Below are positions 16,689 through 32,300 of a DNA stretch of 64,000 bases, piece by piece. Made by a program: the position numbers and the translations under genes. The DNA is taken from the NCBI GenBank assembly GCA_044892525.1, contig CM097885.1, forward strand, positions 1,054,001-1,118,000, in the 5' to 3' direction. Below the pieces are notes generated by a model. The model saw only the letters and a list, made by a program, of their open reading frames with translations. It did not search any database and was not told where the DNA came from. The DNA comes from Schmidtea polychroa. Its lineage: Eukaryota. Every line of letters begins with the position of its first letter. The first letter of the stretch is position 1.

Positions 16689-19600
16689 CAATATTAAAAA
16701 CCTAAAATATTTTTACACACACACACACAACCCATTAACAATTATTTGTAACAATATTCGTGAAAACCTCAAATATTTTTTACACCCATATACAATCCAT
16801 TAAACTTTATTATTATTATTATTATTATTATTATAATTATTATTATTATTAGTGAAAAAACCTTAAATAATTTTTACACACTAAGTTATGGGGTAGAGTA
16901 TTATTATGTTTGCAGTATTCTGTGTTTGCCTTTACAGGAAGTTGTCAATATGGAGCGATAATTTTATACATACATTCTATATACACATACCTTGTTTAAC
17001 ATGGGTGTATATACTCCTAGTTTATCCGACAAAATATTCTGTCCCCCTAAGGGTATTGCTCACAAAGGTACTACTCACATTCAACATGTCGCAAGGGTAT
17101 ATTAATTAGGGTTAGTAAATAAAACTTATCACACACACTATTTAAACGATAAAAATCAAGACAAGAGAGGACAAGGCAAAGTTTATGCATTTATTATTGC
17201 CAGGCCTAATGAGCAGTGACCAAATATCTGTGCCTGAAAGACACGGTGGATATTTGTTCGCGTCCACAAGGGTCGTCTGTGCCTTCCCCAAGTGGGGTCA
17301 GAAGAACCTGGGCATTATAGCTTTCCGTACGGAACATTACGCCTAGCATGGGTAGTCAACTACCAGCACATTCGAAACGTATAATTTCAAAATACATGCG
17401 TCATTGGCACTATAACCAAATTAATTAATGTTTTCACTAACACAAATATATATTTACAGAGGCCTCCCACTAGTTGGATTACAACCGCCCACCACGACGA
17501 TCAGCTTGTAAATATATATTAATTAAGGGATAAAGAGGACCCACCCAACCCTATTATATTTAATTTACAAATTTTTCTCGCTCTTCTGCTGGTATTCTAT
17601 CTCAAAATTATCATCTCCATCGGGCCATTTGGAATACATCTTGCGAATTGGACATATTTCTTAGTTTCTGATGTGGTGTCAACTATCATTGCTAAAATTT
17701 ATATTGATTTAAAAGCAATTAACTTACATTATCTAACATTTTATCGTCACAGGCTTGATAAATTAGGCAACTGTTATTTGTGGTATACTTTTTCAATGTC
17801 ATTTCCCACCATAAAACACAGATACCTAAATATAATATATATATTTTAAAGAATTAATTCATGTCTTACATTAATAATAATATTCTTCAGGTAGTACTTT
17901 ACAATATCTAATTGATAAAACATCGGTTTTTTCCCATTTTTCTTGACATTCGTTGAAAGTTTACATAATTTAAGTCTGATAATTCATGTTGAAGGACACC
18001 CACAATCAGCTAATTCATTTAAGAAATCCCGAACATAGCAATGTTTCACCATTTTGTCTGGTTCATTTTCTTCTATAATTCATGTTTTAATAAGAAATCT
18101 CTAAATCCAGAACATAAGTCATTTAGTGTTTCACCATTTTGTTCATCTTCTTCATAATTATATAATTCATTTTCTTCATTACTAAGTAAAATAATTAAAA
18201 TATTTTAGTAAATTCTTTATTTACTTACTTTATGGATACTAAAACGAAAGAAATAACGTTATATCAGAATTATATTTAAATAATTTAAATTTAGTTATTT
18301 AAACATATTTAAACACTTTAGTTATTTAAGCATATTTAAACATTAATATTATTATATAGTATAATTTTATATAATTTTATATAATATTATAATATTATAA
18401 TATTATGTATTGTAAATTTAATATATCCTTCATTTAATTTTTTAAATTCAAATATTTATAATGAAGATTCTTTGAATTAAAAAATATTCTGTTAGTATTT
18501 CCAGGCAGAAAACAACGAATTCAATAATTAAAATCTTAATTTTCATGTTGTTAGGGTTGTGGCCAGAAGTTAATCGCCATCTAATCGTTTGTTCTCAATT
18601 TCGCTCATTTTTGTTCAAAACATTCAGGTGAGTTGTTATCTGGAAAGTTTCTTTGAGCTCAGTTTTGTTAAAACACTCACGGTATTTTTGAGGGACGTGA
18701 CACTGGAAATAAATTACCAATGGGTGGTCATCCATACATGTTGTTGGTTTGAACTGTTGATTTATTTTAGAAATATGTATATTAAAAACATTTAAGGTAT
18801 CATTCAGTAAAATAATATAGTATTTTTGAGTATTTTTAGTTAATTTATAAATAACAGTATTTTGATATATCAATAAAGACCATATACTCCTAGTTTATCC
18901 GACAAAATATTCTGTCCCCCTATGGGTATTGCTAGCAAGGGTACTGGTCACACTCAACAAGACGCAATATTAATCATTTAGAAATTCTTAGGTAATTTAG
19001 TGAGATGATCGTGAATATTTTAAATGTAACTTTACACTTATATCGAGCGACTAATTTATTGGTTAACTTTGTAGTCATTTAAAGCAAAAATTAATTTATT
19101 CATCTAATGTTCGTTACAATAGATAATAATATGAGAAAAACATGGTCATTATTCATTGATAATTTTAAATTCTTTATCATTTGGAGTAAATTTGTTTGAG
19201 GCAAAAATAATTAAAGGAGTCATAATAGAAATATGGTTATCATTTATCCAATTAAGGAGCCTATTATTTAGAAATATATATTATAAAATAACAATTATTT
19301 TCTAATTTAATTAGATGATCATTAGACGTAATATATCTTTGCGAGAAATTTAAGATGTTTGAGTAACCAAAACATGGACATTTTGTGCGATAAATTTATG
19401 AATATTGCTTAATTTTGTTATTTTTAGTCATTTAAAATAATATTTAGCAAAGGTAATTTAGCAAAATATCATTTATCCACCCGATAACAATATTCCTTCA
19501 ATAGATTAACTGATATTCAACCTATTTAATTTCTGGAAATATAATTAAAATCATAAATTTCCTTCATGAAAGTTAAATTTTCTTTAGTTGTCGATGTCTA

Positions 19601-22600
19601 ACTCTTTTAAGTCAATATTTTTGTTACCGTTATCTTCATAATGAATGTCCGTCTTTAAAATGTTAAATAAAATAATTTAAAGCAATAACCTTTGATATCA
19701 ATTATCTCTAAATATTTCAAATAATGCATTGTCAAAACCAAGTAAATTAGTCATTACCCATTAATAAAACCGTGGATAATTAATAAAAACTGGTTCTGAA
19801 ACATAAATTACTGTGCAATAACATTCATCACAACCTCTAAAACGATATAATTTCACAGGAACTATTCATAGCTGACTATTTCCCTTGAAAATTTGATATT
19901 TTACCAATAAGAATATATAAATATTCAAAACATTAACCGATCCCTCACCAAATATCTTTACCCCTTAAAACACCTTAAATCGTATATATTACCATCTTAA
20001 CCTTCACTAAATCCAACCGAATATAGTTTCATCTACTTGTGCCCTTTAATAAATCTTAAAATCTATAGAAAATTCTTCAAAATATGAATTTTATTTAATT
20101 GTCACAGACATTCTTCCATTGAAATAATTTAGTAGCTAAATTCAAAGAGTCCACTAAAAGATCAAAATTCATTAAAATAAATATTTAACCACATGTGTCA
20201 TCAAATACCTAACTAGAGATGATAATATCTCATTGATTGATCATAATTATAACCATTATAACATGATATATCTTTCAAACTAAATTTAGGTATATTTTAC
20301 AATAATTTTCAAGTAGATTTTAAATATATCATCATCGTGAAAAAATTAGATTGTTTCAACTTTAGATTTTCAATATTTTAAAGTTCATCAATGTGTAAAT
20401 ATTCTTAGAAAAATATATGAAAAAATTATTTAGTCAAATTATCATTACAAAGTCATCATCATCATCAAAATTAATAAAATATAGCAAATTATCAAGAAAT
20501 TAATTAAATTTATCTTAGAATTAACACTAAACCTTAAATATTCTTTCAATTAACATGAAATTCACAAAAAAAATATTAGTAAAATCCCGCTAACTCTAAA
20601 AATTACCAACGAATTTAATGCTAAATAATAACCAAAAATTTGCCTAAATAAAACACACCAGTACCTTTACGACCAGTACCCTTACGAGCAGTACCAATTG
20701 TGAACAGTACCCATAGAGGGAGAAAATATCTTGTCGGATAAACTCAGAGTATATATAATAAAACGAATTAACAATAACTCCATCAAATTGAATCAGTCAA
20801 ATTAACACAAATTTTGATAAAAAATCTTATTCTAAAATGGTAAGAAGCGTAAAGTCGAAAGATAATTTTAATAACACCGAGATAAATTAACAATATTATT
20901 CTCAGGTGGTAAGAATCTTCATTAAAGTTAGGAAATTATAAGAACTACCAATTGCTATAAAATATTTAAACGAATTTAGTTTTGTTGTTTTATAACTTTT
21001 GGTTATATTTGAGTGAGTTTTCGAGTGTACCTTTTAACTTTCAGTGCTCATTTTCATTAAAAAGAGTAATGTATCTTAAATTATCTTTTGGAATATTTGT
21101 TTTTGAAATATTTAGTGTAAAATAGTAAATTTAATAATAAATTGTTAATATTAAAGGACTTAATCAAAATTTAAAATCGGAATTTATCATAATTACTCTG
21201 TCAAATACAATTCACGGTTTCTTATGTAATAAAATAATCATTTGGGGATTAAATACTTTATTAAATAAAAGTTTATCACATTATTAAAATATTTTAATTC
21301 GTTAGTAGCTCATATAATAGAAATAATTTTATATATCCTCATCACTTATAGCCGCCGACTCTCGATTTCCCACTAATTATTTTCATTTATATTCTCCTGG
21401 CAAATATTTCTTTTAAAATTGTATTAAATATTTTTTTTATTAAAGTGAACGTTTTTTATGAATTTTTATGAAATTTATGAATTTTATGAAATAATTTTAA
21501 ATAAATACAATTAATATATATCCATGCCACTTCTCAGTATATTTTCATTAACCGTCCATAATCCAATAATAAATTATTCTAACACTTATTTTAACCCCTT
21601 TGAAGTTTATTATTAATTTATCACAGAATAATAAATAATTTCCTAACTTTAATGAAGATTCTTACCACCTGAGAATAATATTGTTAATTTATCTCGGTGT
21701 TATTAAAATTATCTTTCGACTTTACGCTTCTTACCATTTTAGAATAAGATTTTTTATCAAAATTTGTGTTAATTTGACTGATTCAATTTGATGGAGTTAT
21801 TGTTAATTCGTTTTATTATATATACTCTGAGTTTATCCGACAAGATATTTTCTCCCTCTATGGGTACTGTTCACAATTGGTACTGCTCGTAAGGGTACTG
21901 GTCGTAAAGGTACTGGTGTGTTTTATTTAGGCAAATTTTTGGTTATTATTTAGCATTAAATTCGTTGGTAATTTTTAGAGTTAGCGGGATTTTACTAATA
22001 TTTTTTTGTGAATTTCATGTTAATTGAAAGAATATTTAAGGTTTAGTGATAATTCTAAGATAAATTTAATTAATTTCTTGATAATTTGCTATATTTTATT
22101 AATTTTGATGATGATGATGACTTTGTAATGATAATTTGACTAAATAATTTTTTCATATATTTTTCTAAGAATATTTACACATTGATGAATTTTAAAATAT
22201 TGAAAATCTAAAGTTGAAACAATCTAATATTTTCACGATGATGATATATTTAAAATCTACTTGAAAATTATTGTAAAATATACCTAAATTTAGTTTGAAA
22301 GATATATCATGTTATAATGGTTATAATTATGATCAATCAATGAGATATTATCATCTCTAGTTAGGTATTTGATGACACATGTGGTTAAATATTTATTTTA
22401 ATGAATTTTGATCTTTTAGTGGACTCTTTGAATTTAGCTACTAAATTATTTCAATGGAAGAATGTCTGTGACAATTAAATAAAATTCATATTTTGAAGAA
22501 TTTTCTATAGATTTTAAGATTTATTAAAGGGCACAAGTGGATGAAATTATATTCGGTTGGATTTAGTGAAGGTTAAGATGGTAATATATACGATTTAAGG

Positions 22601-25600
22601 TGTTTTAAGGGGTAAAGATATTTGGTGAGGGATCGGTTAATGTTTTGAATATTTATATATTCTTATTGGTAAAATATCAAATTTTCAAGGGAAATAGTCA
22701 GCTATGAATAGTTCCTGTGAAATTATATCGTTTTAGAGGTTGTGATGAATGTTATTGCACAGTAATTTATGTTTCAGAACCAGTTTTTATTAATTATCCA
22801 CGGTTTTATTAATGGGTAATGACTAATTTACTTGGTTTTGACAATGCATTATTTGAAATATTTAGAGATAATTGATATCAAAGGTTATTGCTTTAAATTA
22901 TTTTATTTAACATTTTAAAGACGGACATTCATTATGAAGATAACGGTAACAAAAATATTGACTTAAAAGAGTTAGACATCGACAACTAAAGAAAATTTAA
23001 CTTTCATGAAGGAAATTTATGATTTTAATTATATTTCCAGAAATTAAATAGGTTGAATATCAGTTAATCTATTGAAGGAATATTGTTATCGGGTGGATAA
23101 ATGATATTTTGCTAAATTACCTTTGCTAAATATTATTTTAAATGACTAAAAATAACAAAATTAAGCAATATTCATAAATTTATCGCACAAAATGTCCATG
23201 TTTTGGTTACTCAAACATCTTAAATTTCTCGCAAAGATATATTACGTCTAATGATCATCTAATTAAATTAGAAAATAATTGTTATTTTATAATATATATT
23301 TCTAAATAATAGGCTCCTTAATTGGATAAATGATAACCATATTTCTATTATGACTCCTTTAATTATTTTTGCCTCAAACAAATTTACTCCAAATGATAAA
23401 GAATTTAAAATTATCAATGAATAATGACCATGTTTTTCTCATATTATTATCTATTGTAACGAACATTAGATGAATAAATTAATTTTTGCTTTAAATGACT
23501 ACAAAGTTAACCAATAAATTAGTCGCTCGACATAAGTGTAAAGTTACATTTAAAATATTCACGATCATCTCACTAAATTACCTAAGAATTTCTAAATGAT
23601 TAATATTGCGTCTTGTTGAGTGTGACCAGTACCCTTGCTAGCAATACCCATAGGGGGACAGAATATTTTGTCGGATAAACTAGGAGTATATGGTCTTTAT
23701 TGATATATCAAAATACTGTTATTTATAAATTAACTAAAAATACTCAAAAATACTATATTATTTTACTGAATGATACCTTAAATGTTTTTAATATACATAT
23801 TTCTAAAATAAATCAACAGTTCAAACCAACAACATGTATGGATGACCACCCATTGGTAATTTATTTCCAGTGTCACGTCCCTCAAAAATACCGTGAGTGT
23901 TTTAACAAAACTGAGCTCAAAGAAACTTTCCAGATAACAACTCACCTGAATGTTTTGAACAAAAATGAGCGAAATTGAGAACAAACGATTAGATGGCGAT
24001 TAACTTCTGGCCACAACCCTAACAACATGAAAATTAAGATTTTAATTATTGAATTCGTTGTTTTCTGCCTGGAAATACTAACAGAATATTTTTTAATTCA
24101 AAGAATCTTCATTATAAATATTTGAATTTAAAAAATTAAATGAAGGATATATTAAATTTACAATACATAATATTATAATATTATAATATTATATAAAATT
24201 ATATAAAATTATACTATATAATAATATTAATGTTTAAATATGCTTAAATAACTAAAGTGTTTAAATATGTTTAAATAACTAAATTTAAATTATTTAAATA
24301 TAATTCTGATATAACGTTATTTCTTTCGTTTTAGTATCCATAAAGTAAGTAAATAAAGAATTTACTAAAATATTTTAATTATTTTACTTAGTAATGAAGA
24401 AAATGAATTATATAATTATGAAGAAGATGAACAAAATGGTGAAACACTAAATGACTTATGTTCTGGATTTAGAGATTTCTTATTAAAACATGAATTATAG
24501 AAGAAAATGAACCAGACAAAATGGTGAAACATTGCTATGTTCGGGATTTCTTAAATGAATTAGCTGATTGTGGGTGTCCTTCAACATGAATTATCAGACT
24601 TAAATTATGTAAACTTTCAACGAATGTCAAGAAAAATGGGAAAAAACCGATGTTTTATCAATTAGATATTGTAAAGTACTACCTGAAGAATATTATTATT
24701 AATGTAAGACATGAATTAATTCTTTAAAATATATATATATTATATTTAGGTATCTGTGTTTTATGGTGGGAAATGACATTGAAAAAGTATACCACAAATA
24801 ACAGTTGCCTAATTTATCAAGCCTGTGACGATAAAATGTTAGATAATGTAAGTTAATTGCTTTTAAATCAATATAAATTTTAGCAATGATAGTTGACACC
24901 ACATCAGAAACTAAGAAATATGTCCAATTCGCAAGATGTATTCCAAATGGCCCGATGGAGATGATAATTTTGAGATAGAATACCAGCAGAAGAGCGAGAA
25001 AAATTTGTAAATTAAATATAATAGGGTTGGGTGGGTCCTCTTTATCCCTTAATTAATATATATTTACAAGCTGATCGTCGTGGTGGGCGGTTGTAATCCA
25101 ACTAGTGGGAGGCCTCTGTAAATATATATTTGTGTTAGTGAAAACATTAATTAATTTGGTTATAGTGCCAATGACGCATGTATTTTGAAATTATACGTTT
25201 CGAATGTGCTGGTAGTTGACTACCCATGCTAGGCGTAATGTTCCGTACGGAAAGCTATAATGCCCAGGTTCTTCTGACCCCACTTGGGGAAGGCACAGAC
25301 GACCCTTGTGGACGCGAACAAATATCCACCGTGTCTTTCAGGCACAGATATTTGGTCACTGCTCATTAGGCCTGGCAATAATAAATGCATAAACTTTGCC
25401 TTGTCCTCTCTTGTCTTGATTTTTATCGTTTAAATAGTGTGTGTGATAAGTTTTATTTACTAACCCTAATTAATATACCCTTGCGACATGTTGAATGTGA
25501 GTAGTACCTTTGTGAGCAATACCCTTAGGGGGACAGAATATTTTGTCGGATAAACTAGGAGTATATACACCCATGTTAAACAAGGTATGTGTATATAGAA

Positions 25601-25849
25601 TGTATGTATAAAATTATCGCTCCATATTGACGACTTCCTGTAAAGGCAAACACAGAATACTGCAAACATAATAATACTCTACCCCATAACTTAGTGTGTA
25701 AAAATTATTTAAGGTTTTTTCACTAATAATAATAATAATTATAATAATAATAATAATAATAATAATAAAGTTTAATGGATTGTATATGGGTGTAAAAAAT
25801 ATTTGAGGTTTTCACGAATATTGTTACAAATAATTGTTAATGGGTTGTG

Positions 25850-25886
25850 TGTGTGTGTGTAAAAATATTTTAGGTTTTTAATATTG

Positions 25887-25936
<50 letters not shown>

Positions 25937-26438
25937 GTTTAATGGGTTGTATATGCGTGTAAAAAATATTTGAGGTTTTCACGAATATTGATAATAATAA
26001 TGGTTTATGAGTGTTTTTATGTTTTTGACTAATATTTGCAATAATAATAATGGTTAATGGGTTGTGTGTGTGTGTGTAGAAAATATTTTAGGTTTTCACT
26101 AATAATGATAATAATAATGGTTAATGGTTGTGTGAGTGTAAATAATATTTTAGGTTTTTGACTAATATTTGCAATAATAATAATAATAATAATAAGTTTA
26201 ATGAGTTGTATGTGTGTGTGTAAAAATATTTTAGGTTTTTAATATTGATAATAATAATAATGGTTAATGGGTTGTGTGTGTGTGTAAAAAATATTTTAGG
26301 TTTTCACTAATAATGATAATAATAATGGTTAATGGGTTGTGTGTGTGTGTAGAAAATATTTTAGGTTTTTAATACTGATAATAATAATAATGGTTGAGGG
26401 GTTGTGTGTGTAAACCATATTTTAGATTTTTCATTAAC

Positions 26439-26495
<57 letters not shown>
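25850..26495. repeat. ~60-bp minisatellite (AATGGGTTGTGTGTG...AAATATTTTAGGTTTT) interleaved with (AAT)n
   Basis: About 9 units read directly; mostly absent from the left arm. Confidence 0.8.
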
Positions 26496-26857
26496 TCCCG
26501 CGCGTGTTAATACTTTAAAAGAAAATATTGAAAATTTAAAAAATAATAATATTTATGCAAAGCATGTGCAATAATTATGTCTTTGTTAATTAAGTAAACT
26601 TTAGTGTCAAAATAAGTTTTTAAAATATTTTTAAATTTAAAATACCGCAACTTAATATATTTTTGTTCTACCCCTTCATTGATTTAAGTTGGTCAGAATT
26701 TAATAATAATTATATTATAACCTTTGAGACATGTTGAATGTGAGTAGTACACCTTTGACCATAACCCATATGAGCAATACCCATAAAGGGATAGAATATT
26801 TTGTCGGATAGATTAAGAGTATATATGATAATAATATTCCCCGTGCGCGTAATAATA

Positions 26858-27008
<151 letters not shown>

Positions 27009-27413
27009 TGAACTTGTATTTGAAATAATAATAATAATAATTTACGACATATTGAGTGTGAGCAGTACCATTGCAACTTGTTGAATGTGAGAAGTACCTT
27101 TGTGACCATTACCCTTAGGGGGACAGAATATCTTGTCGGATAGACTAGGAGTATATATAATAATAATCATAATAATAATATTAATAATAATAATAATATT
27201 GATTAAAACTTTGAAAATAATTCTTTGAAAATAATACTTTGAACAATATTTGATGTAAAAGTTCCTGAAATAATCATGAAAATGTTGAAAATCGTGAAAA
27301 TATTGAAAATGCAGAAAATTATGAAAATATTGATAATTATTAAAAAATGCAAATGATGAAAATGTTGAAAATCATTAAATTGATGTAGAAATTAAGTTTT
27401 ATGAATAATTGCA

Positions 27414-27473
<60 letters not shown>

Positions 27474-27689
27474 TTTGAAAATAACATCTTCCACATGGGC
27501 GTTAATATTTTAAAAGAAAATATTGAAAATTAAAAAATAATAATATGTAATCAACGATTTAAACAAATTATATTATTACGTATTCGATAATTAAAACAAA
27601 AAATTATATAATCAATGATTTAAACAAATTATATAATCAACGATTTAAACAAAATTAAATTATTATATAATCGATAATTAAAACAAAAT

Positions 27690-28950
27690 TATTAGTTCTA
27701 AAAATATTAGGCATCGTTCTAAAAGTATGACGTAATCATTCTAAAAATATTAGGTATCGTTCTAAAAGTATGACGTAATCATTCTAAAAATATTAGGCAT
27801 CGTTCTAAAAATATTAGGCATCGTTCTAAAATTATGATGTAATCATTCTAAAAATATTAGGCATCATTCTAAAATATTAGACATCATTCTAAAAATATTA
27901 GGCATCGTTCTAAAAATATTTGGCATCGTTCTAAAAATATGACGTAATCAATCTAAAAATATTAGGCACCGTTCTAAAAATATTAGGCATCGTTCTAAAA
28001 ATAATAGACATCGTTCTAAAAATATTTGGCATCGTTCTAAAAATATGACGTAATCAATCTAAAAATATTAGGCATCGTTCTAAAAATATGATGAGTCATT
28101 GTCTTTGTTCTAAAATTATGACGTAATCATTCTAAAAATATTAGGCATCATTCTAAAATATTAGACATCATTCTAAAAATAATAGACATCGTTCTAAAAA
28201 TATTTGGCATCATTCTAAAATATTAGACATCATTCTAAAAATGTGATGAGTCATTGTCTTTGTTCTAAAAATGTGATGAGTCATCGTATGATAAAAATCT
28301 ATATCTCATTAGAAAGTTCTTGCACAGAGCTTTAAAATAAGCTATCGATCAATATAATATGTTGGCGGGAACAATAATTTTTGGGATGAAAAAAAGTAGG
28401 TCCCCGCTGGATCACTTAATAATATTTTGAAAAATAATAATAATTTAACGTTGAAAAGATGGTGGTCATCAATTGTTAATAACATTAAAACTATTAAAGA
28501 TATATAAGATACCTATAGATCATTCGAAAGGTCTTGGACTGAGCTTTAAGATGAGGTATCGTTCAATAAACTTTGTTGGCGGGAACATTACTTTTGGGAT
28601 GAAAAAAAGTAGGTCCCCACTGGATCACTTAATAATATTTTGAAAAATAATAATAATTTAACGTTGAAAAGATGGTGGTCATCAATTGTTAATAACATTA
28701 AAATTATTAAAGATATATAAGATACCTATAGATCATTCGAAAGGTCTTGGACTGAGCTTTAAGATGAGGTATCGTTCAATAAAATTTGTTGGCGGGAACA
28801 TTACTTTTGGGAAGAAAAAAAGTAGGTCACCGCTGGACCAATTAATTTAAAAAAAATTACGTAATAGTTCTAAAAATATTAGGCATCGTTCTAAAAATAT
28901 TAGGCATTGATTACGTAATAGTTCTAAAAATATTAGGCATCGTTCTAAAA
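27690..28950 (-). repeat. Mirror subterminal arrays of the right TIR (a few extra short units)
   Basis: Reverse complement of 15255-16430. Confidence 0.9.
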
Positions 28951-29275
28951 AAAAAATAAAATTTTTCAGACCGGGGGGGGGGTATATGTGATCTGGAGGG
29001 GACCTGATCTGGCGGGGACACATCCTACTACTGACTCCAACCCACTTTCAAGGTCATGAAATATGTCCAGATCAAATATAGGTCAATTGAATCATTTATT
29101 TTTAAATTAACATTTTATTTATTTACTTCTTTTTAATTTTTTCTTTTTAATTATATTAATTAATTATTTTATTTTGTTTTATTTTAATTACTTACTTTAG
29201 TTAATTTTTAATTTATTACATTAATTAATTTCTTAGTTTATTAATATTTTATTTTAATTACTTACGCCATTTAAA

Positions 29276-29360
<85 letters not shown>

Positions 29361-29374
29361 TATTTTATTTATTT

Positions 29375-32300
29375 CTTTATTTTTTCTTAAATTTTACATT
29401 TACATTATATTCTAAAAAGAGAGTTAATTATAACAATAATATTTCAATTTGTATAAAATTTTAATTAGTAATTATTTAATTTATTATAAAATAAAACGCT
29501 GTGTTAATTTTAAATAAACTGGATATTAATTTTTTGGAAAAAATAAATAAATAAAATAGTCTAAAAGGTTAAATTATGGTCTAAAATTTAAAATTTAAAA
29601 ATTGAAAATTGAAAATTAAAAACTAAACTAATCAAAGTAAATCAAACGCTATAACCTTAATTCAAGAATTCACTAAAGTAGATCAGAAGATATTAATTAT
29701 CAAAATGTAACAAAGACTCTGAAATTCATCAATTTCATCTAATGACCTGGTGATATTCAATACCATTCTCAAGAATGCTAAAGTCGGGAATTCTTTGAAT
29801 TTAACAATTTCATCTAACTATCCGGCGATATTCGATCCGATTCTATAAAGTATTTATCTTTTTTATGATTAAGTTTGCTTTTATGAACAATCAATATATA
29901 TCATCTCTAGTTAGGTATTTGATAGGTGAAATATTTGTAGTAAATAATAAGTTTATTATGTCTTTGTTACATAACTCGACTTTAGCGTCAAAATGTGTTT
30001 TTAAAATAAATTTTAATTTTAAAATACGGCAATGTAATATATTAATTTTTTCCTAACCTTCCTTGATTTTGATTGGTTAGAATTTGTTACTATAAACAAT
30101 AATAATCTATAAACAATAATAATCTATAAACAATAATCAATCATTAGTCACATTTAACAAATAATTAACCTTTTAAAATGAATTCTTTAATAGAAAACGT
30201 TATGAATGTTCGAGAAAAAATTCAGGAATTTGGTAAATTTTAATTTATTTATTAATTAATTTAGATAATATTAATGAAGACAATTTAAAATCTTTTATTT
30301 TTTCTTAAATTTTACATTTACATTATATTCTAAAAAGAGAGTTAATTATAACAATAATATTTCAATTTGTATAAAATTTTAATTAGTAATTATTCAATTT
30401 GAATAAAATATTTATTAGAAATTATTTAATTTATTATAAAATAAAACGCTGTGTTAATTTTAAATAAACTGGATATTAATTTTTTGGAAAAAATAAATAA
30501 ATAAAATAGTCTAAAAGATTAAATTATGGTCTAAAATTTAAAATTTAAAAATTGAAAATTGAAAATTAAAAACTAAACTAATCAAACTAAATCAAACGCT
30601 ATAACCTTAATTCAAGAATTCACTAAAGTAGATCAGAAGATATTAATTATCAAAATGTAACAAAGACTCTGAAATTCATCAATTTCATCTAATGACCTGG
30701 TGATATTCAATACCATTCTCAAGAATGCTAAAGTCGGGAATTCTTTGAATTTAACAATTTCATCTAACTATCCGGCGATATTCGATCCGATTCTATAAAG
30801 TATTTATCTTTGTAGTTGAATAAAAGTTTATTGTTGATTATAGTTTATCATTAATTATTTTTTTGTTAGGGGTGTTAAAGAAAATACTTGACTGATTCAT
30901 TTTTCTCAGATAAAATTTGTTCTGTAATCGGGAAATTCAAGGATGAGAATAAAGGAAATCAATATAAAGAATGGGTGTTTCTTCGTCCCAAGTGCTACTC
31001 ACTCCAAGGCGATAAAACACTCTAAAAGCCAAAGGAATAAGACTTACAAATTCTAATATCACCCATGAAGCTTATAAAAAAAGTGTATACTGATGGTGGA
31101 ACAGTGAGCATCCCATTAAAAAAGAATAGGAAGTGTCAATCATCAGTTGTATACTTTCATGACAGAAAAACGAGCTCTCCAATGTTTGGACGATAAAAGG
31201 CATTGGTACAATTGTAATGAAAGCTATGCCTACGGTCACTATAAGATTCGTCACATGCATATTGCAACTTCTATGTCTAGAAATGAATGCAAATCGAAAC
31301 AAGCACTTTAACAATTAAATTTATGTGAATAATAAAATATATATTGTGAATTATTTGACTTCGTTAATTAATTATAATTAGATTTAAAGAATAATTACCT
31401 TTTCATTTAACACTACAGTGTTAATTCTTACCATTTTAGAATAATATTTTTTATCAAAGTTCTTATCTTGATTTATTTAATTTTAATTGAAAGTAATGAC
31501 GAAATAGAACGTGTTGTCTTCAATTTTAATGAATTAATTTGAAATATTATTTAGATAAATATTTGTGTTTAAGGTATTCCTTAGTAATATTTTTTTTAGA
31601 GTTGATGGTTTTTGTGAATTTTTATCATTTTCATGAATTTCATGTGGATAGAATGAATATTTAAAAATTTTAAGTTAGTTCTAAGATAAATTTAATTAAT
31701 TTCTTGATAATTGGATGCATTTTTATTGATTGGTTTTTTAATTTTAAATAAAAATTATTTTTAATGACAGTTAGGTTAATAATCACGTGATAGGATATGA
31801 CTTTGTAATAATATTTTTTTTCATATATTTTCTAAGAATTTCATGTAGATTTATTTAAAAATTTAAAGTTTTAATGACGATTTTATTTGAATTTCTTGAT
31901 AATTTGTTAAATTTTAAATAAAAATTAATTTTTTTTAATGACTGTTAGGTTAATAATTAAGTAATTGGTTTAATTTTAGATGACTTTGTAATGCATTTGA
32001 CTAAATAATTTTTTTCAATAATCTTCTAAGAATATTAACACATTGATGAACTTTTTTAAAAAAAACATAAGCTAAGAAACCAGTTAACCTTATAAAGAAC
32101 TTTAAATTTACTTGATAATTTACAGAAATAATATACAAAATTTAATTTACAGAAATAATTTACAAAATAATAATACAGAAATTTATGATTAAGTTTGCTT
32201 TTATGAACAATCAATATATATCATCTCTAGTTAGGTATTTGATAGGTGAAATATTTGTAGTAAATAATAAGTTTATTATGTCTTTGTTACATAACTCGAC

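Noticed and set aside
16906..25669. Short 67-92 aa ORFs within the TIRs
   Set aside because: No motifs, and they are disrupted in the diverged copy at 11.6-13.6 kb.
31072..31314. 80-aa minus-strand ORF repeated three times
   Set aside because: Antisense to the pPolB C-terminal fragment.
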